Shown: positions 52,518 to 62,194 of the stretch, piece after piece
Layout of the letters: every line of letters starts with the position of its first letter
Position numbering within the stretch: position 1 is the stretch's first letter
Source of the DNA: Alphaproteobacteria bacterium
GTDB lineage: Bacteria; Pseudomonadota; Alphaproteobacteria; CALKHQ01
Reading direction: 5' to 3'
Assembly: GCA_965227515.1 (NCBI GenBank)
Contig: CBDDFZ010000002.1
Span: 1,344,001 to 1,408,000 of the forward strand
DNA: 64,000 nt
The notes under the pieces: generated by a model
The model's database searches: none
The model's input: the letters and a program-made list of their open reading frames with translations, nothing else
What the model was told of the DNA's origin: nothing
Made by a program: the position numbers and the translations under genes

Positions 52518-55500
52518 ATGATCCAGCTCGAACACAGCCTGAAGGCGCCGGGGCGCATGCTGGTCGGCGGGGTGCCGGACGGTGCCGATGCCCTGCTGAT
52601 CGCACGCTACCTAGCCGGCGATGCCAGCCGCTCGCTGCTGCACGTCGCCCGGGACGATGCCCGGATGGCGCGGATGGCGGCGGTCGTGCGCTATCACGCG
52701 CCGGACGTGCGGGTGCTGGAGTTCCCGGCGTGGGACTGCCTGCCCTATGACCGGGTGGGGCCGAACGCACAGATCGTCGCCCGCCGGCTGGAGGGGCTGA
52801 CCGCCCTGGCCAATGGCTTTGTGGGCGGGCTGGTGGTGACCACGGTCAACGCGCTCGCCCAGCGGGTGCCGCCGCCGTCGGCGCTGGCCGACGCGAGCTT
52901 CACCGCCGAGGTCGGCGACACCCTGGACCGCGAGGCGCTGACCGCGTTCCTGGAGCGCAATGGCTACCACCACACCTCCACCGTGCGCGAGCCGGGCGAG
53001 TACGCGGTGCGCGGCGGCATCATCGACGTGTTCCCGACCGGCGCCGAGCGGCCCTGCCGCGTCGACCTGTTCGGCGACGATATCGAGACCATCCGCGCGT
53101 TCGATCCGGTTGACCAGCGCAGCACCGGCCAGGACGTGGCGCTGGTCATCAAGCCGGTCAGCGAGGTGGCGCTGTCGGAGGACAACATCCGCAGTTTCCG
53201 CAGCGGCTATCGCGCGCTGTTCGGCACCAATGTCAGCACCGATCCGCTGTACGAGGCGGTCAGCGCCGGCCGCCGCATCGCCGGCATGGAGCACTGGCTG
53301 CCGCTGTTCTACGAGCGGCTGGCCGCACTGCCGGACTATCTGCCCGGCACGCCGGTGACGCTAGACGCCCAGGCGGCGGAAGTGCGCGACGCGCGCCTGG
53401 AGACCATCGCCGACACCTACCAGACTCGCGCCACCGGCAGCGCGCTGGCGGAGGGGGCCACACCCTATCGCCCGCTGCCGCCAGAACGCCTCTACCTCGG
53501 CAGCGACGAGTGGGACGCGGCCCTGGCCGACCGGCCCGTCGTTCAGTTCTCGCCGTTCGATGCGCCGCCCGGCGACAAGCAGGGACGCTCCGCCGGGGTC
53601 GAAGGCCCGCTGTCGTTCGCGGAGGCGCGCGCCGACCGGCAGGCGGCTCTGTTCGACGCAGCGGTCGCGGCCATTGCCGCCGAGCAGGCTGCCGGCCGCC
53701 GGGCGGTGGTGACCGGCTTCACGACGGGCTCGCGCGACCGGCTGATGGCGTTGCTGGGCGAGCATGGCTTGGGCACCGCGCTGGCAGTGGAAAGCTGGGC
53801 CGAGGCGATGAAGGCGCCGAAGGGCGTCGTCGTGCTGCCCGTCCTGCCGCTGGAAACCGGCTACCGCACCCGCGACCTCGCGGTCATCACCGAGCAGGAC
53901 ATCCTGGGCGAGCGGATGGCGCGCGCGCCGCGCCGCCAGCGCAAGGCCGACAACATCATCGCCGAGGCGAACAGCCTGGCCGAAGGCGACCTGGTGGTGC
54001 ACCGCGAGCACGGCATCGGCCGCTATGACGGGCTGATCGCGATCGAGGTGGCCGGCGCGCCCCACGACTGCCTGCGCGTGCTCTACGCCGACGACGACAA
54101 GCTGTTCCTGCCGGTGGAGAACATCGAGGTGCTGTCGCGCTTCGGCCCCGGCACCGACGGCGTGGTGCTCGACCGGCTGGGCGGGGTCGCCTGGCAGGCG
54201 CGCAAGGCCAAGGTCAAGAAGCGCATCCGCGAAATCGCCGATCAGTTGATCCGCATCGCCGCCGAGCGGGTGGTGCGCACCGGCGAGACCGTGGAGGCGC
54301 CGGACGGCGTCTATGACGAGTTCGCCGCGCGCTTCCCGTATCCGGAGACCGACGACCAGCTCCGCGCCATCGAGCAGACCATTACCGATCTGGCGTCCGG
54401 CAAGCCGATGGACCGGCTGATCTGCGGCGACGTCGGCTTCGGCAAGACCGAGGTGGCCCTGCGCGCCGCGTTCATCGCCGCCATGTCGGGCGGGCAGGTG
54501 GCGGTGGTGGTGCCGACGACGCTGCTCTGCCGGCAGCACTTCGCCACCTTCAAGGAGCGGTTCCAGGGCCTGCCGGTTCGCATCGAGCAGCTCTCGCGCC
54601 TGGTGACGCAGAAAGACGCGACCGCCACCCGCAAGGCGCTGGCCGAGGGCCAGGTCGACATCGTCGTCGGCACCCACGCGCTCCTCTCCAAGTCGATCAA
54701 GTTCAAGCACCTGTCGCTGCTGATCGTCGACGAGGAGCAGCATTTCGGCGTCGCGCAGAAGGAGCGGCTGAAGCAGCTCAAGTCCAACGTCCACGTGCTG
54801 ACGCTAACCGCGACGCCGATCCCGCGCACCTTGCAACTGGCACTGTCGGGCGTGCGTGACATGAGCATGATCGCGACCCCGCCGGTCGACCGGCTGGCGG
54901 TGCGCACCTTCGTGCTGCCGTTCGACCCGGTGGTGATCCGCGAGGCGCTGCTGCGCGAGCACTATCGCGGCGGCCAGACCTTCTATGTCTGCCCGCGCGT
55001 CAGCGACCTGGCCCGCGTCGAGGAGCGGATCGCGGAACTGGTGCCCGAGGTGAAGATGCGGGTCGCCCACGGCCAGATGGCGCCGAGCGCGCTGGAAGAG
55101 GTGATGACCGCGTTCTACGACCGCCAGTTCGATGTGCTGCTGTCGACCCAGATCGTGGAGTCCGGGCTCGACCTGCCGGCGGCCAACACCATCATCATCC
55201 ACCGTGCCGATATGTTCGGGCTTGCCCAGCTCTATCAGCTGCGCGGGCGGGTCGGGCGCGGCAAGGTGCGCGCCTATGCCTATCTCACGGTGTCGCCGGG
55301 CAAGGTGCTGACCGGCGGCGCGCAGCAGCGCCTGCAGGTGATGCAGACGCTCGACACCCTGGGCGCCGGCTTCACGCTCGCCAGCCACGATCTGGACATT
55401 CGCGGTGCCGGCAATTTGCTGGGCGAGGAGCAGTCCGGCCAGATCAAGGAAGTGGGCGTCGAGCTTTACCAGCAGCTTCTGGAGGAGGCGGTCGCGGCGG

Positions 55501-55994
55501 CCCGCTCCGAGGGCGATCTGGACGAGGCGGAAACCGCATGGTCGCCGCAGATCACCATCGGCGTGCCGGTGCTGATCCCCGACGACTATGTCGCTGATCT
55601 CGGCCTCCGGCTATCGTTGTACCGGCGTGCCGCCGACCTGGATTCGGCCCAGGCGGTGGAGGGTTTCGCCGCCGAGCTGATCGACCGGTTCGGGCCGCTG
55701 CCCTCGGAAGTCGAGAACCTGCTGGAGATCGTGCAGATCAAGGCCCTGTGCCGTACGGTCGGGGTGGAGAAGCTGGACGCCGGGCCGAAGGGTGCGGTGC
55801 TGGCGTTCCACAACGACCAGTTCGCCAACCCCGCGGGCCTGGTCGAGTTCATCGCCACCCAGGTCGGCCGGGTGAAGCTCAGGCCCGACCACAGGCTGGT
55901 CTATCGCCGCGACTGGACCAAGGTGGCCGACCGGCTGCGCGGCGCGCGCGACATGCTGCGGCAGTTGGAGCGCGTGGTGGAAGAGAGCGCTTAG
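52518..55994 (+). CDS. mfd: Transcription-repair coupling factor
   Basis: AWDCLPYDR, VHREHGIG, CGDVGFGKT, DEEQHFG, HDLDIRGAGNLLG, LIDRFG. Confidence 0.98.
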   Translation: MIQLEHSLKAPGRMLVGGVPDGADALLIARYLAGDASRSLLHVARDDARMARMAAVVRYHAPDVRVLEFPAWDCLPYDRVGPNAQIVARRLEGLTALANGFVGGLVVTTVNALAQRVPPPSALADASFTAEVGDTLDREALTAFLERNGYHHTSTVREPGEYAVRGGIIDVFPTGAERPCRVDLFGDDIETIRAFDPVDQRSTGQDVALVIKPVSEVALSEDNIRSFRSGYRALFGTNVSTDPLYEAVSAGRRIAGMEHWLPLFYERLAALPDYLPGTPVTLDAQAAEVRDARLETIADTYQTRATGSALAEGATPYRPLPPERLYLGSDEWDAALADRPVVQFSPFDAPPGDKQGRSAGVEGPLSFAEARADRQAALFDAAVAAIAAEQAAGRRAVVTGFTTGSRDRLMALLGEHGLGTALAVESWAEAMKAPKGVVVLPVLPLETGYRTRDLAVITEQDILGERMARAPRRQRKADNIIAEANSLAEGDLVVHREHGIGRYDGLIAIEVAGAPHDCLRVLYADDDKLFLPVENIEVLSRFGPGTDGVVLDRLGGVAWQARKAKVKKRIREIADQLIRIAAERVVRTGETVEAPDGVYDEFAARFPYPETDDQLRAIEQTITDLASGKPMDRLICGDVGFGKTEVALRAAFIAAMSGGQVAVVVPTTLLCRQHFATFKERFQGLPVRIEQLSRLVTQKDATATRKALAEGQVDIVVGTHALLSKSIKFKHLSLLIVDEEQHFGVAQKERLKQLKSNVHVLTLTATPIPRTLQLALSGVRDMSMIATPPVDRLAVRTFVLPFDPVVIREALLREHYRGGQTFYVCPRVSDLARVEERIAELVPEVKMRVAHGQMAPSALEEVMTAFYDRQFDVLLSTQIVESGLDLPAANTIIIHRADMFGLAQLYQLRGRVGRGKVRAYAYLTVSPGKVLTGGAQQRLQVMQTLDTLGAGFTLASHDLDIRGAGNLLGEEQSGQIKEVGVELYQQLLEEAVAAARSEGDLDEAETAWSPQITIGVPVLIPDDYVADLGLRLSLYRRAADLDSAQAVEGFAAELIDRFGPLPSEVENLLEIVQIKALCRTVGVEKLDAGPKGAVLAFHNDQFANPAGLVEFIATQVGRVKLRPDHRLVYRRDWTKVADRLRGARDMLRQLERVVEESA

Positions 55995-56079
55995 GCAGGT
56001 CAACAGCCTTACGCTGCTCAGTCGACAGCTCGTGACTTCACGACGTCATCCACACAGTAGAACGGGGTCCAGCCTCCCG

Positions 56080-56166
56080 CGTCATGCCCGCACTTGTTGC
56101 GGGCATCCACGTCTTGGCATCGTTAGAAGAAAGTCGTGGATGGTCGGGACAAGCCCGACCATGACG
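56080..56166. repeat. CGTC-tagged REP doublet, copy 4 (near-identical reverse complement of copy 1)
   Basis: Both arms match the reverse complement of 30950-31036; differences are confined to the central spacer. Confidence 0.9.
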
Positions 56167-56276
56167 ATAGTGTATGACTTGAGCGCCGCTGGTATTAAGG
56201 TTTGGTTCGTCCAGCGCGGGCATAAAGACAGTCCGTTTGTCTTTTGCTGCCCCACCCCTGCCCGAGGACCCACGCC

Positions 56277-56936
56277 ATGCCGATGACCGCCTACAGTCAT
56301 GAATTTCCCGGTATCTATATCGATGCCGAGAACGCCGACGCGAACTTCTTCGGCAGGGTCAAGGCCTGCCTGAACATCCTGCGCTCGCGCGATGTCGGCA
56401 AGCGCCTGCTGGATGCGATCACCGGCGCGGTCGAGGTGCCGAACAAGGTGGTGGTGATCGAGGAGGCGCCGGGAGGCGCCAATGGCCTTGCGACCGCCGT
56501 GCCGACGCTCGACACCAGCGACGGGTTTCGCGCGCGGCTGCGCGCGCCGGGCGAGGGACGTCTGCTCGCCGCCCCGGCCTTCGATCGCATTGTGCGCGGC
56601 GGCGAAGGCGCCAGCGGCATTGTGCGCTGGAACCCGGCCAACGCGATCCCGTTCATCGGCACGCCGCGCCCGGCGTACCTCAGCCTTGGCCACGAGCTGA
56701 TCCACTGCCTGCACTACATCACCGCCGATTGCTATCGCAAGATCAACGACGTGGTGACGCTGGATGCCGGCGTCGACTCAGGCCTGGCCGAAGAGGAGGC
56801 CCGCACCGTGGGCCTGGGCCCCTATGCCGACGAGGCGATGTCGGAGAACGCGATCCGCGAGGCGTTCGAGCAGCCGAAGCGCACCGAATACAACAACGGC
56901 AACGACCTCAGCCACGTCAAGGCGACCCCGCACTGA
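56277..56936 (+). CDS. Zinc metallopeptidase, M91 (NleD/HopH1-like) family
   Basis: LGHELIHCLH (HExxH), EEEARTVGLG, ENAIR...KRTEY. Confidence 0.7.
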   Translation: MPMTAYSHEFPGIYIDAENADANFFGRVKACLNILRSRDVGKRLLDAITGAVEVPNKVVVIEEAPGGANGLATAVPTLDTSDGFRARLRAPGEGRLLAAPAFDRIVRGGEGASGIVRWNPANAIPFIGTPRPAYLSLGHELIHCLHYITADCYRKINDVVTLDAGVDSGLAEEEARTVGLGPYADEAMSENAIREAFEQPKRTEYNNGNDLSHVKATPH

Positions 56937-56958
56937 CGACGGGCCCGCTGCGTCGCCG

Positions 56959-57636
56959 TTACTCGGCGGCGGCGCGCTCCGCCACCGCGCGGTCCAGCAC
57001 TTCCAGCAGCACGGCGGCCGGCTGCGCGCCCGAGACGGCATAGCGCTGGTCGATGATGAAGCAGGGCACGCCCTGCACGCCGCTGGACCGCGCCACCCGA
57101 TCCTCGCCCAGCACTTCCTGGCGCTTGGCGTCGTCCTGCCACTGGGCGATGGCCTCGGCCGGCATGTTCGCCTCTTCGGCCACCGCCGCCAGCACCGTCG
57201 GGTCGCCGATGTTGCGGCCGTCCAGGAAATACGCCTTGAACAGCGCCTCCACCACGGCGTCCTGGCAGTCGTGCTCGCCGGCGATGGCGATCAGGCGGTG
57301 GGCGTTGACCGTGTTGGGCGTGTGCTGGATCGCCTCGAAATCGAAGCCGATGCCGGCGTTGGCGCCGGCCTGGCGCACCCGGTCGTACATCTGACCGCCG
57401 GCCGCGTCGCCGAACTTGGCGCGCATATACTCGTCGCGCGACATGCCTTCGGCCGGCATGTCGGGGTTGAGCTGGAACGTGCGCCAGTGGATGTCCAGGT
57501 TCAGGTCCGGGCGCTCGGCCGCCGCCTGCTCCAGATGCCGCTTGCCGATGAAGCACCATGGGCAAATGACGTCGGACACGATGTCCAGCCGCACAGGCGC
57601 GTCCGCTGCCGTGCGCTCTTGGGTGTCGTCCGCCAT
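56959..57636 (-). CDS. DsbA-family oxidoreductase (FrnE-like)
   Basis: SDVICPWCFIG, FQLNP, PNT..AHRL, GVQGVP, SGAQP. Confidence 0.92.
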   Translation of the reverse strand: MADDTQERTAADAPVRLDIVSDVICPWCFIGKRHLEQAAAERPDLNLDIHWRTFQLNPDMPAEGMSRDEYMRAKFGDAAGGQMYDRVRQAGANAGIGFDFEAIQHTPNTVNAHRLIAIAGEHDCQDAVVEALFKAYFLDGRNIGDPTVLAAVAEEANMPAEAIAQWQDDAKRQEVLGEDRVARSSGVQGVPCFIIDQRYAVSGAQPAAVLLEVLDRAVAERAAAE

Positions 57637-57835
57637 CGTTGCCTCCTTCGAATTGCCTCGCCTTGATGTGGCGCAGCGCGTCCGTCCGGTCAATCCACAC
57701 GATCTCACCGTTCCGGCATGGCCGGCTGATTGCAGCACCCACCGGCAACGCCTATAAGGGCGCCTGCAAAATGACGGGCGGCGGCAGACGGGCAAGCTCA
57801 TGCCGCATGCGCCTACACGGTGGGAGCGAGTGAAT

Positions 57836-59332
57836 ATGCGGGCGGTACAACACTACATCGGCGGCAAGCGGCACACGTCCGACAGCGGGCGTGTGGGCGA
57901 TGTGTTTAACCCGGCGACCGGTGAAGTGCAGGCCCAGGTGTCCATGGGCACGCCGGCCGATGTGGATGCCGCCGTTGCCTCGGCAATGGAGGCGTTTCCG
58001 GGCTGGGCGGCGACCCCGCCGCTGCGGCGCGCGCGGGTCATGTTCAAGTTCAAGGAACTGATCGAGGCCCACAGCGAGGAGATCGCCGCCTGCCTGACGT
58101 CGGAGCACGGCAAGGTGCTGTCCGACGCGCGCGGTGAGGTGACGCGCGGCCTGGAGGTGGTGGAGTTCGCCTGCGGCATTCCGCACCTGCTGAAGGGCGA
58201 GTTCTCCGAGAACGTGGGCACCAACGTCGATAGCTGGTCGACCCGCCAGCCGCTGGGCGTGGTTGCCGGCGTGACCCCATTCAACTTCCCGGCCATGGTG
58301 CCGATGTGGATGTTCCCGGTGGCGCTGGCCTGCGGCAACTGCTTCATCCTGAAGCCGTCGGAGCGCGATCCCTCCGCGTCGCTGCTGCTCGCCGACCTGC
58401 TGAAGGAGGCAGGCCTGCCGGACGGCGTGTTCAACGTGGTGCACGGCGACAAGGAAGTGGTGGACGCGATCCTGGTCCACCCGAACATCCAGGCGGTCAG
58501 CTTCGTCGGCTCGACCCCGATCGCGCAGTACATCTACCAGACCGGCACCGCCCACGGGAAACGGGTGCAGGCGCTGGGCGGGGCGAAGAACCACATGGTG
58601 GTGATGCCCGATGCCGACATGGAGCAGGCGACCGACGCGCTGATGGGCGCCGCCTATGGCGCGGCCGGCGAGCGCTGCATGGCAATCTCGGTCGCGGTCG
58701 CGGTGGGCGACAAGGTCGGCGACGACCTGATCGAGCGCCTGAAGCCGCGGGTGCAGACGCTCAAGGTCGGCGTCGGCACCGATTCGGAATCGGAGATGGG
58801 GCCGCTGGTCACCAAGCAGCACATGGACAAGGTGCGCGGCTACATCGACCTCGGTGTCGAGGAGGGCGCCGACCTGGTGGTCGACGGCCGCGACATCAGC
58901 CTGCAGGGCTATGAGAACGGGTTCTTCCTGGGCGGCTCGCTGTTCGACCGGGTCACAACCGACATGCGTATCTACAAGGAAGAGATCTTCGGGCCAGTGC
59001 TCTCGGTCGTGCGCGCCAACGACTATGCCGAGGCGGTCGACATGGTGAACAAGCACGAGTTCGGCAATGGCGCTGCCATCTTCACCCGCGACGGCGATGC
59101 CGCGCGCGAGTTCGCCTCGACCGCGCAGATCGGCATGATCGGCGTAAACGTGCCGATCCCGGTGCCGATGGCGTTCCACAGCTTTGGCGGCTGGAAGGCA
59201 TCGCTGTTCGGCGACCAGCACATGCACGGCCCGGAAGGGGTGCGCTTCTACACCAAGCTGAAGACCATCACGTCGCGCTGGCCGACCGGCCTGAAGGAAG
59301 GCGCGCAATTCGTGATGCCGACGATGAAGTGA
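57836..59332 (+). CDS. mmsA: CoA-acylating methylmalonate-semialdehyde dehydrogenase
   Basis: [37 protein letters not shown]. Confidence 0.95.
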   Translation: MRAVQHYIGGKRHTSDSGRVGDVFNPATGEVQAQVSMGTPADVDAAVASAMEAFPGWAATPPLRRARVMFKFKELIEAHSEEIAACLTSEHGKVLSDARGEVTRGLEVVEFACGIPHLLKGEFSENVGTNVDSWSTRQPLGVVAGVTPFNFPAMVPMWMFPVALACGNCFILKPSERDPSASLLLADLLKEAGLPDGVFNVVHGDKEVVDAILVHPNIQAVSFVGSTPIAQYIYQTGTAHGKRVQALGGAKNHMVVMPDADMEQATDALMGAAYGAAGERCMAISVAVAVGDKVGDDLIERLKPRVQTLKVGVGTDSESEMGPLVTKQHMDKVRGYIDLGVEEGADLVVDGRDISLQGYENGFFLGGSLFDRVTTDMRIYKEEIFGPVLSVVRANDYAEAVDMVNKHEFGNGAAIFTRDGDAAREFASTAQIGMIGVNVPIPVPMAFHSFGGWKASLFGDQHMHGPEGVRFYTKLKTITSRWPTGLKEGAQFVMPTMK

Positions 59333-60390
59333 TGCCGCGCCGCGCCGCACACGCACTTGCCGGCGCAGCCCTGCTGGGGCTGGCGTCGCTGCCGGCTACG
59401 GAGGTTCTGGCGCAGAGCCAGAACACGTTCGTATCAGGGGTGTGGAGCGGCCAGGCGTTCTTCTCGTCCGAGGACGCCACGTTCAGCCATTGCCTGATGG
59501 TCGCGGAATTCGACCGCGAGATCACGCTGATCTTCGCCCTCGACCGTTCCGGCGCGCTGTCGTTCGGCGTCAGGAACCCGCGCTGGGACCTGCCGGTGCA
59601 GTCCAGCCCCGACCTGACCATGACGCTGGATCATGGCTGGACCGGCACGCCGGCGATCGAAGCGCTGGAGCCCAATCTCATTCTGGGGCCGATCGGTTTG
59701 GCGGAGGACGTGCTGGCGCCGTTTGCCCGCGCATCGTTCGTGTCCATCGATGTCGGCGTACAGCGGTTCGACTTCGCGCTGATCGGCGCGGAGGCCGCGT
59801 TCCGGGCGCTGGCGGCGTGTGCCGACGAGGCTGGCGCGCCGGTGGCGGTGGCCGGCCAGCCGGTCTCCATCGACATTTCCGCCGCTGACAGCATTTCCGA
59901 GCAGGTCGACCTGGTCGCGGTCGATCCGAACATCCTGGCCACAACCATGGCGCAGAGCCTGCTGCAGTCTGCTGGCCTGGGCCACTTCGAGCTGATGCCG
60001 CGCGAGGGCAGCGACATCTTCCTGGCCAATGCGCGCGCCGTGTGGACCGATGGCGCCATCTACGGCGCCCTGTTCACGGTCGCCGAGCGCGCGCGCGGCG
60101 CCGATGCGGCCATTGCCGAGGTGATCGAGAGCATTTCCGCCGGCTGCCAGGGCGTGTTCGAGGAATACGACATCGAGCTTGCCGACCCGTTGCCCTTCGG
60201 CATGGCGCGGCGGGGCGCGCGTTGCCGCGAGGGCGACGTCATCATCGCCATGCGCGCGGTGGCCATCGTGCAGGCCAGCGGCACCATGGTGATCGTCCAT
60301 GCCGGTCTGCGCGAGGACCTGAGCGTGCTCGCCGACAGCGACGACCGGATCGCCGAGGCGCTGGCCGAAAACCTTGGCGGGCTGCGCTGA
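59332..60390 (+). CDS. Hypothetical exported protein
   Basis: Signal peptide ending VLA/QS, start overlaps the mmsA stop, fills the gap to nnr. Confidence 0.7.
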   Translation: MPRRAAHALAGAALLGLASLPATEVLAQSQNTFVSGVWSGQAFFSSEDATFSHCLMVAEFDREITLIFALDRSGALSFGVRNPRWDLPVQSSPDLTMTLDHGWTGTPAIEALEPNLILGPIGLAEDVLAPFARASFVSIDVGVQRFDFALIGAEAAFRALAACADEAGAPVAVAGQPVSIDISAADSISEQVDLVAVDPNILATTMAQSLLQSAGLGHFELMPREGSDIFLANARAVWTDGAIYGALFTVAERARGADAAIAEVIESISAGCQGVFEEYDIELADPLPFGMARRGARCREGDVIIAMRAVAIVQASGTMVIVHAGLREDLSVLADSDDRIAEALAENLGGLR

Positions 60391-60420
60391 CCCGCACCGC
60401 CGCACACGTGTGACGGACCG

Positions 60421-61944
60421 TTGATCGCAGATCTGAAAGATGCGCCTGAGTTGATCTCGGTCGCCGAGATGTACGCCGCCGACAAGGCAGCGATGGCGGC
60501 CGGCGTGCCCGGTGTCGACCTGATGGCGGCGGCCGGCCGCGCCGTCGCCGATGCAGTGAGCCTGGAGCGGGCGGGCGGAGGGGTCGTCGTGCTCTGCGGT
60601 CCCGGCAACAATGGCGGCGATGGGTTCGTCGCGGCGCGGGTGCTGGCGGGTCGCGGCTGGTCGGTGCGGGTGGCGTTGCTGGGCGACCGGGCGCGCCTGA
60701 AGGGCGATGCCGCCCACCATGCCGCTTTGTGGGACGGCCCCGTTGAGCCGCTGGCGCCCGGTGCGGTCGTTGGCGCGACGGTCGTCATCGATGCCGTGTT
60801 CGGCGCCGGCCTGACCCGCGACGTCGATGGCGTCGTCGCCGAGACGCTGGACGCCATTCCCGGCGATGCCTTTGTCGTCGCGGTCGACGTGCCGTCGGGC
60901 GTGTGCGGCGACACCGGCACGGTACGCGGCACCGCGCGCCGGGCTGACCGCACCGTCACCTTCTTCCGCGCCAAGCCGGGGCACTGGCTCTATCGGAGCC
61001 GGGGTCTGGTGGGTGCGCTGACGGTGGCGGACATCGGCATCCCGGAGGCGGTGCTGGGAGCCATCGCACCGCAATGCCTCTTGGCCGGCCCGCGCACCTT
61101 CGCGGATGACTGGCCGCACCCCTCGGCCACCGGCCACAAATACGACCGCGGCCATGTGCTGGCGATTGCCGGCCCCGAGATGAGCGGCGCTGCGCGGCTG
61201 GTCGCGCATGGGGCGCAGGCGACAGGGGCCGGGCTGGTGACGGTGGCGGCACCCCCGGCCGCCGTGCCGGTGATCCAGGCGGGTGCCGCCAGCCTGATCG
61301 TGCTGCCGCTCGGCATGGGCGGCGATATCGACGACGTGCTGGCCGATCCGCGCCGCAACGCCATCGTCATAGGGCCGGGCCTCGGCCAGTCGGCGGCCGC
61401 GGCCGACCGGGTGCTCGCCTGCCTGTCGACGGGGCGGACCGTGGTGGCCGACGCCGACGCGCTGTCGTGCTTCGCCGGCCGCGCCGCGGAATTCGCTGAG
61501 GCCGTCCAGGGGCCGTGCATCGTGACGCCCCACGACGGCGAGTTCGCGCGCCTGTTCCCAGATCTGGAAGGCAGCCGACTGGAGAAGGCAAGGGCGGCGG
61601 CACGCGCGTTGGGCGCGGTCGTTCTGTTGAAAGGGGCCGACACCGTGGTCGCCGATCCGGAGGGCCGCGCGGTGATCAATCGCGGCGCCCCACCCTGGCT
61701 CGCCACCGCCGGTGCGGGCGATGTGCTGGCCGGTACGGTGGCGGGGTTCGCCGCCCAGGGCATGCCCGCGTTCCGGGCCGCCGCGATGGCCGCCTGGGTG
61801 CATGGCCGCGCCGCCGCCGGACTGCCGCCAACCATGTCGGCGGACGACCTGGCCGGGGCCATCGGCCCGGTAGTGGCCGGGCGCGGCACGAACCCGCACC
61901 GAGGCTGTGCCGCATCCTTGACCCGGATACGGCAGTTCCTATAG
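60421..61944 (+). CDS. nnr: Bifunctional NAD(P)H-hydrate epimerase/dehydratase (YjeF/NnrE-NnrD)
   Basis: GPGNNGGDG, DVPSG, HKYDRG, GPGLG, TPHDGEF, LATAGAGDVL. Confidence 0.93.
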   Translation: MIADLKDAPELISVAEMYAADKAAMAAGVPGVDLMAAAGRAVADAVSLERAGGGVVVLCGPGNNGGDGFVAARVLAGRGWSVRVALLGDRARLKGDAAHHAALWDGPVEPLAPGAVVGATVVIDAVFGAGLTRDVDGVVAETLDAIPGDAFVVAVDVPSGVCGDTGTVRGTARRADRTVTFFRAKPGHWLYRSRGLVGALTVADIGIPEAVLGAIAPQCLLAGPRTFADDWPHPSATGHKYDRGHVLAIAGPEMSGAARLVAHGAQATGAGLVTVAAPPAAVPVIQAGAASLIVLPLGMGGDIDDVLADPRRNAIVIGPGLGQSAAAADRVLACLSTGRTVVADADALSCFAGRAAEFAEAVQGPCIVTPHDGEFARLFPDLEGSRLEKARAAARALGAVVLLKGADTVVADPEGRAVINRGAPPWLATAGAGDVLAGTVAGFAAQGMPAFRAAAMAAWVHGRAAAGLPPTMSADDLAGAIGPVVAGRGTNPHRGCAASLTRIRQFL

Positions 61945-62034
61945 ACATCCGGGCTTGTTGCATGAACGGCGATGGGCCGCGCCGCACTCTTGACCCGCAC
62001 ATTACGTTGACGATTTGGGTCGCGTCGATCGGAT

Positions 62035-62119
<85 letters not shown>

Positions 62120-62194
62120 CCGCCGTCAATATGCTGCCGTTTGCTCGCTGCTGGTTGCGCGCTGCCACCGGCCAGTGTTTGGAGAGAAGCCCGG

